This document shows positions 61,122 through 64,000 of a stretch of DNA of 64,000 nucleotides, in pieces. This stretch comes from Halomonas sp. Lineage in GTDB: Bacteria; Pseudomonadota; Gammaproteobacteria; Pseudomonadales; Halomonadaceae. The stretch spans positions 4,234 to 68,233 of the forward strand of contig DATISN010000274.1 in NCBI GenBank assembly GCA_035581765.1. The letters run 5' to 3'. The notes under the pieces were generated by a model, which saw nothing but the letters and a program-made list of their open reading frames with translations, had not been told where the DNA came from and did no database searches. How positions within the stretch are numbered: position 1 is the first letter of the stretch; the number at the start of each line of letters is the position of its first letter. The translations under genes were made by a program, and so were the position numbers.

Positions 61122-61679
61122 ATGTTCAAGATCGTTGCCCCGTTAATGGCCACTGCCTTGCTGATTCCCACGCTGGCGTTCGGTGACACCCTGGAACTGC
61201 CTCGCGAAGCCCAGGTCGAGTTTTCGCTCATCGAGCCGCTGACACTGGACGAGAGCGAAAACGGGGCACGACGCGACGATATCGTCATGCGACCGGTGAC
61301 CGATGGCAACGGCACCCATTCCCTGCCGGAACATTGCGTAGTGATCGGCAGCGCCAGTCTTAATGGCGAGCGACTTCGGCTATCGGCGACGAGCATGACC
61401 TGCATCGAAACCGACGGGGGCGACAGCGAGATTTACAGCAGTGAGATTGCGGCAGCGGCCTATGACGCCGATGGCAGCTATGGTTTGCCCGCCTGCACTG
61501 GCGGACGCTGCGAACTCGGCAGCGAGCGAGGTTTCATGCTGCAGTTTACCGAGGCTGTCAGCATCGAGCCTCAAGCCAACCCCTCTGCCGAACTCAACGA
61601 ACAGCGGCGTCAGGCCGACGGCGACGGCGTGGCCAATCCGATCCCCGCCGAGTCACCGGATCCCGACGACGAGACGTGA
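61122..61679 (+). CDS. Secreted hypothetical protein with a TraB/VirB10-like segment
   Basis: Signal peptide MFKIVAPLMATALLIPTLAFG; HCVVIG..GERLRL...TCIETDG...AYDADGSYGL. Confidence 0.7.
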   Translation: MFKIVAPLMATALLIPTLAFGDTLELPREAQVEFSLIEPLTLDESENGARRDDIVMRPVTDGNGTHSLPEHCVVIGSASLNGERLRLSATSMTCIETDGGDSEIYSSEIAAAAYDADGSYGLPACTGGRCELGSERGFMLQFTEAVSIEPQANPSAELNEQRRQADGDGVANPIPAESPDPDDET

Positions 61680-61701
61680 TCCGTCGGCGCGGCCGCCAGA
61701 C

Positions 61702-62688
61702 TCAGCCGAGACGGCGGGCGTCTTTCGTCAACAGCTGGTGCTGCTGTTCCAGAAGACGAATATGGCTGTCCCAGTAGCCCGCATCGGCCAGCCAAGGAAA
61801 CGCCGGCGGAAAGGCCGGGTCGTCCCAGCGGGCCACCAGCCAGGCGCTGTGACGCAACAGGCGTAGCGTGCGCAACGGCTCCACCAAAGCGAGTTCGCGA
61901 CGGTTGAAATCGAGGTGCTGCTCGTAGCCCTCGATCACCTCGGAAAGCTGCATCTGGCGCTCGTCGTCGCGCTGTGCCGTGATCAGCATCCACAAGTCCT
62001 GCACCGCTGGTGCCATCAGGCAATCATCGAAATCCACCAGCGCGAAGTGCTCGTCTCGGCCCAGCATGTTACCGATATGACAATCGCCCTGAACGCGGAT
62101 GGCCTGCTCCGGTGACCAGACATGGGGCGCCAGGTCGCGATGCAACGCCTCGGTGATGCGCTCATAGGCGCTTCGCTGCTTACGACCGAGCCAGGCGCTG
62201 CCAAGAATGCGTTCGCGCGCCTCGGTCACCATGGTGTCCAGCGTCAAGTGGTCGCGATGAACGAAGCGCTCTCGACGCCCTACCGCATGAACGGCACCGA
62301 TCAACTCCCCCAGCGCAAACAGATGCGCCGGATTCTCAAGCTCCGGCGCCTGGCCCGGCAGGTGGGGAAAGAGCGCGAAGCGAAACGTCTCCTCCACGTG
62401 CAGGCTCTGTCCCGAGGCGTCCCGCCAGGGCGCCGCCACGGCGACATCCGCCTCCGCAAGCTCGGCGAGAAAATCATGCTCCTCGATGATACGGGCATCC
62501 GTCCAGCGCTCGGGGCGATAGAACTTGACGACCCAGCGGCGCCGATCCTCGTCATGGACCAGATAGACCCGATTCTCGTAGCTGTTCAGCGCAAAGGGCT
62601 CGCCGGGCAGCCAGAAGCCCAGCGACTCCACCGCCGCCACCACGCGCGACGGGTCCAGACGAGCAAAGGGGTGCGGATGGGTCGGCAT
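61702..62688 (-). CDS. srkA: Stress response kinase A (RdoA/YihE)
   Basis: LNSYENRVY, VKFYRPERW, GDCHIGN, VDFDD, DPAFPPAFPW. Confidence 0.94.
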   Translation of the reverse strand: MPTHPHPFARLDPSRVVAAVESLGFWLPGEPFALNSYENRVYLVHDEDRRRWVVKFYRPERWTDARIIEEHDFLAELAEADVAVAAPWRDASGQSLHVEETFRFALFPHLPGQAPELENPAHLFALGELIGAVHAVGRRERFVHRDHLTLDTMVTEARERILGSAWLGRKQRSAYERITEALHRDLAPHVWSPEQAIRVQGDCHIGNMLGRDEHFALVDFDDCLMAPAVQDLWMLITAQRDDERQMQLSEVIEGYEQHLDFNRRELALVEPLRTLRLLRHSAWLVARWDDPAFPPAFPWLADAGYWDSHIRLLEQQHQLLTKDARRLG

Positions 62689-62721
62689 GAATGGCTCCAG
62701 AAGCGATGATGACGACGCATG

Positions 62722-63447
62722 CTACCAGTGTTTCCCCGGCGGCGTACGCGCCACCGCCCAGGCCTCCACCGTCTCGGCCCCCGCCCTTCGACACGCCAAG
62801 GCGAGCGCGTCCAGCGTACTGCCCGTGGTCATCACATCATCGACCAACGCCACTCTTGGCGGCAGCGGTATTTCGACCCGGAAGGCATGGCGCAGATTGG
62901 CCCGCCGTTCGCGGCGGGTCAGGCCGCGCTGGCTGCGGGTGTCACGCTCACGTTTCGCCGTCACCCAGGGGCGGCCCAACCGCGAGGCCAGGCGCCTGGC
63001 CAACCAGTTCGCCTGATCGAACCCTCGCTCACGGGCACGCCGCGGATGCAGCGGCACGGGCACCAGCGCCTCGGGCCAGGCCTGCACTTGGCTGCTCAAG
63101 CCTGCCGCCAGCAGTTCCACCAGCACCGAGCCGGCCCGAGGTGAGGCGTGAAACTTGAAGCGCTGCACCAGTGCCGCGAGCTCGTCTTCATAGCGCAACG
63201 GCACACGGGCAAGGGAAAAGGCCGGTGCCTGGGCCAAACAATGACCGCAGCGACGCGGCTTGAGCTGGCCCATTTGGGGCTCGGCGCAACCCGGGCAGGC
63301 CGGCAGGTTCCAGGGCAGTCGCTCGAAGCAGGCCTCGCACCAGGGATCGGCGGGATGACAAGCCCCCAGACAGAAAACGCATCGCCCCGGCAGGGCCCTG
63401 CGCACGACGCTGTCAACTTCTCTCAGCCACGAGGTTGACATGGTCAT
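62722..63447 (-). CDS. comF: ComF family protein
   Basis: CxxC pairs, [24 protein letters not shown]; start uncertain. Confidence 0.92.
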   Translation of the reverse strand: MTMSTSWLREVDSVVRRALPGRCVFCLGACHPADPWCEACFERLPWNLPACPGCAEPQMGQLKPRRCGHCLAQAPAFSLARVPLRYEDELAALVQRFKFHASPRAGSVLVELLAAGLSSQVQAWPEALVPVPLHPRRARERGFDQANWLARRLASRLGRPWVTAKRERDTRSQRGLTRRERRANLRHAFRVEIPLPPRVALVDDVMTTGSTLDALALACRRAGAETVEAWAVARTPPGKHW

Positions 63448-63495
63448 TCCAGACCGTAAGCTGTCCGTCAACTTAATGCCTTTTGTGAAGTTGAC
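63411..63495. promoter_or_regulatory. Two BirA-type biotin operator candidates
   Basis: TGTCAAC-N16-GTTGACA (63411-63440) and GTCAACTT-N13-AAGTTGAC (63467-63495) upstream of bioB. Confidence 0.7.
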
Positions 63496-63511
63496 CATAA
63501 GCGAGTCTCAC

Positions 63512-64000
63512 ATGCCTCCTGCGTCGCCAGATGTCTCGACCACTGATTCGACTAACAGCCCCACCCTAACTATCCGTGCGGAGGAGCACCAGGCATCGAT
63601 ACGTCACGACTGGCGACTCGAGGAGATCGAGGCGCTGTTCGCCCTGCCCTTCAACGATCTGCTGTTTCGCGCCCAGCAGGTGCATCGCGAGCACTTCGAC
63701 GCCAACGCCGTTCAGGTCTCCACACTGCTTTCCATCAAGACGGGGGCCTGCCCCGAGGACTGCAAGTACTGCCCGCAGTCCGGCCACTACAATACCGGCC
63801 TCGGCAAGGAGAAGTTGCTGGAGATCGAAAAGGTGGTGGAGGAAGCCAAGGCCGCCCAGGAGGCCGGCGCCAGTCGCTTCTGCATGGGGGCGGCCTGGCG
63901 CAGCCCACGCGAGCGCGATCTTGCGGTCGTGCTCGAGATGGTCCGCCGGGTCAAGGCGCTGGGACTCGAGACCTGCATGACCCTGGGCATGGTCGATACC
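63512..64000 (+). CDS. bioB: Biotin synthase (5' part; runs off the window edge)
   Basis: [45 protein letters not shown]. Confidence 0.96.
   Translation, partial: MPPASPDVSTTDSTNSPTLTIRAEEHQASIRHDWRLEEIEALFALPFNDLLFRAQQVHREHFDANAVQVSTLLSIKTGACPEDCKYCPQSGHYNTGLGKEKLLEIEKVVEEAKAAQEAGASRFCMGAAWRSPRERDLAVVLEMVRRVKALGLETCMTLGMVDT

Overview
GC-rich gammaproteobacterial chromosome segment; gene content (nqr, oprI, extended gap, DUF3141, DUF2333, folX) suggests Halomonadaceae or a relative (inference). Most of it is housekeeping: nqrBA, gap, mfd, ldt-oprI-ldt, ybiT, topA, lipA/lipB, the dacA-rlpA-mltB-rodA-mrdA-rlmH-rsfS-nadD-proA cluster, ubiX-mpl, pfp, ppa, dsbD-accBC-prmA-dusB-fis-purH, gabD, folXE, srkA, comF and bioB. 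I saw no rRNA, tRNA, CRISPR array, transposase or integrase. The strongest signal is an accessory caa3-like oxidase operon (10.1-17.3 kb). Its DUF2231 gene lies on a ~0.5 kb segment bounded by the inverted repeat CCGAGG/CCTCGG. Flipping that segment puts the whole operon on one strand and recreates the missing coxB start codon and lipoprotein signal in frame. The oxidase also appears to lack canonical K- and D-channel residues. Other leads are a doubly degenerate PP2C-kinase fusion, a tandem pair of degenerate GGDEF membrane proteins, an orphan TraB/VirB10-like secreted protein, a degenerate GIY-YIG protein, a PHA synthase-like protein with a basic tail and PhaR-like box, and tandem BirA-like operators. 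All family calls come from motif recognition by eye; no searches were run.
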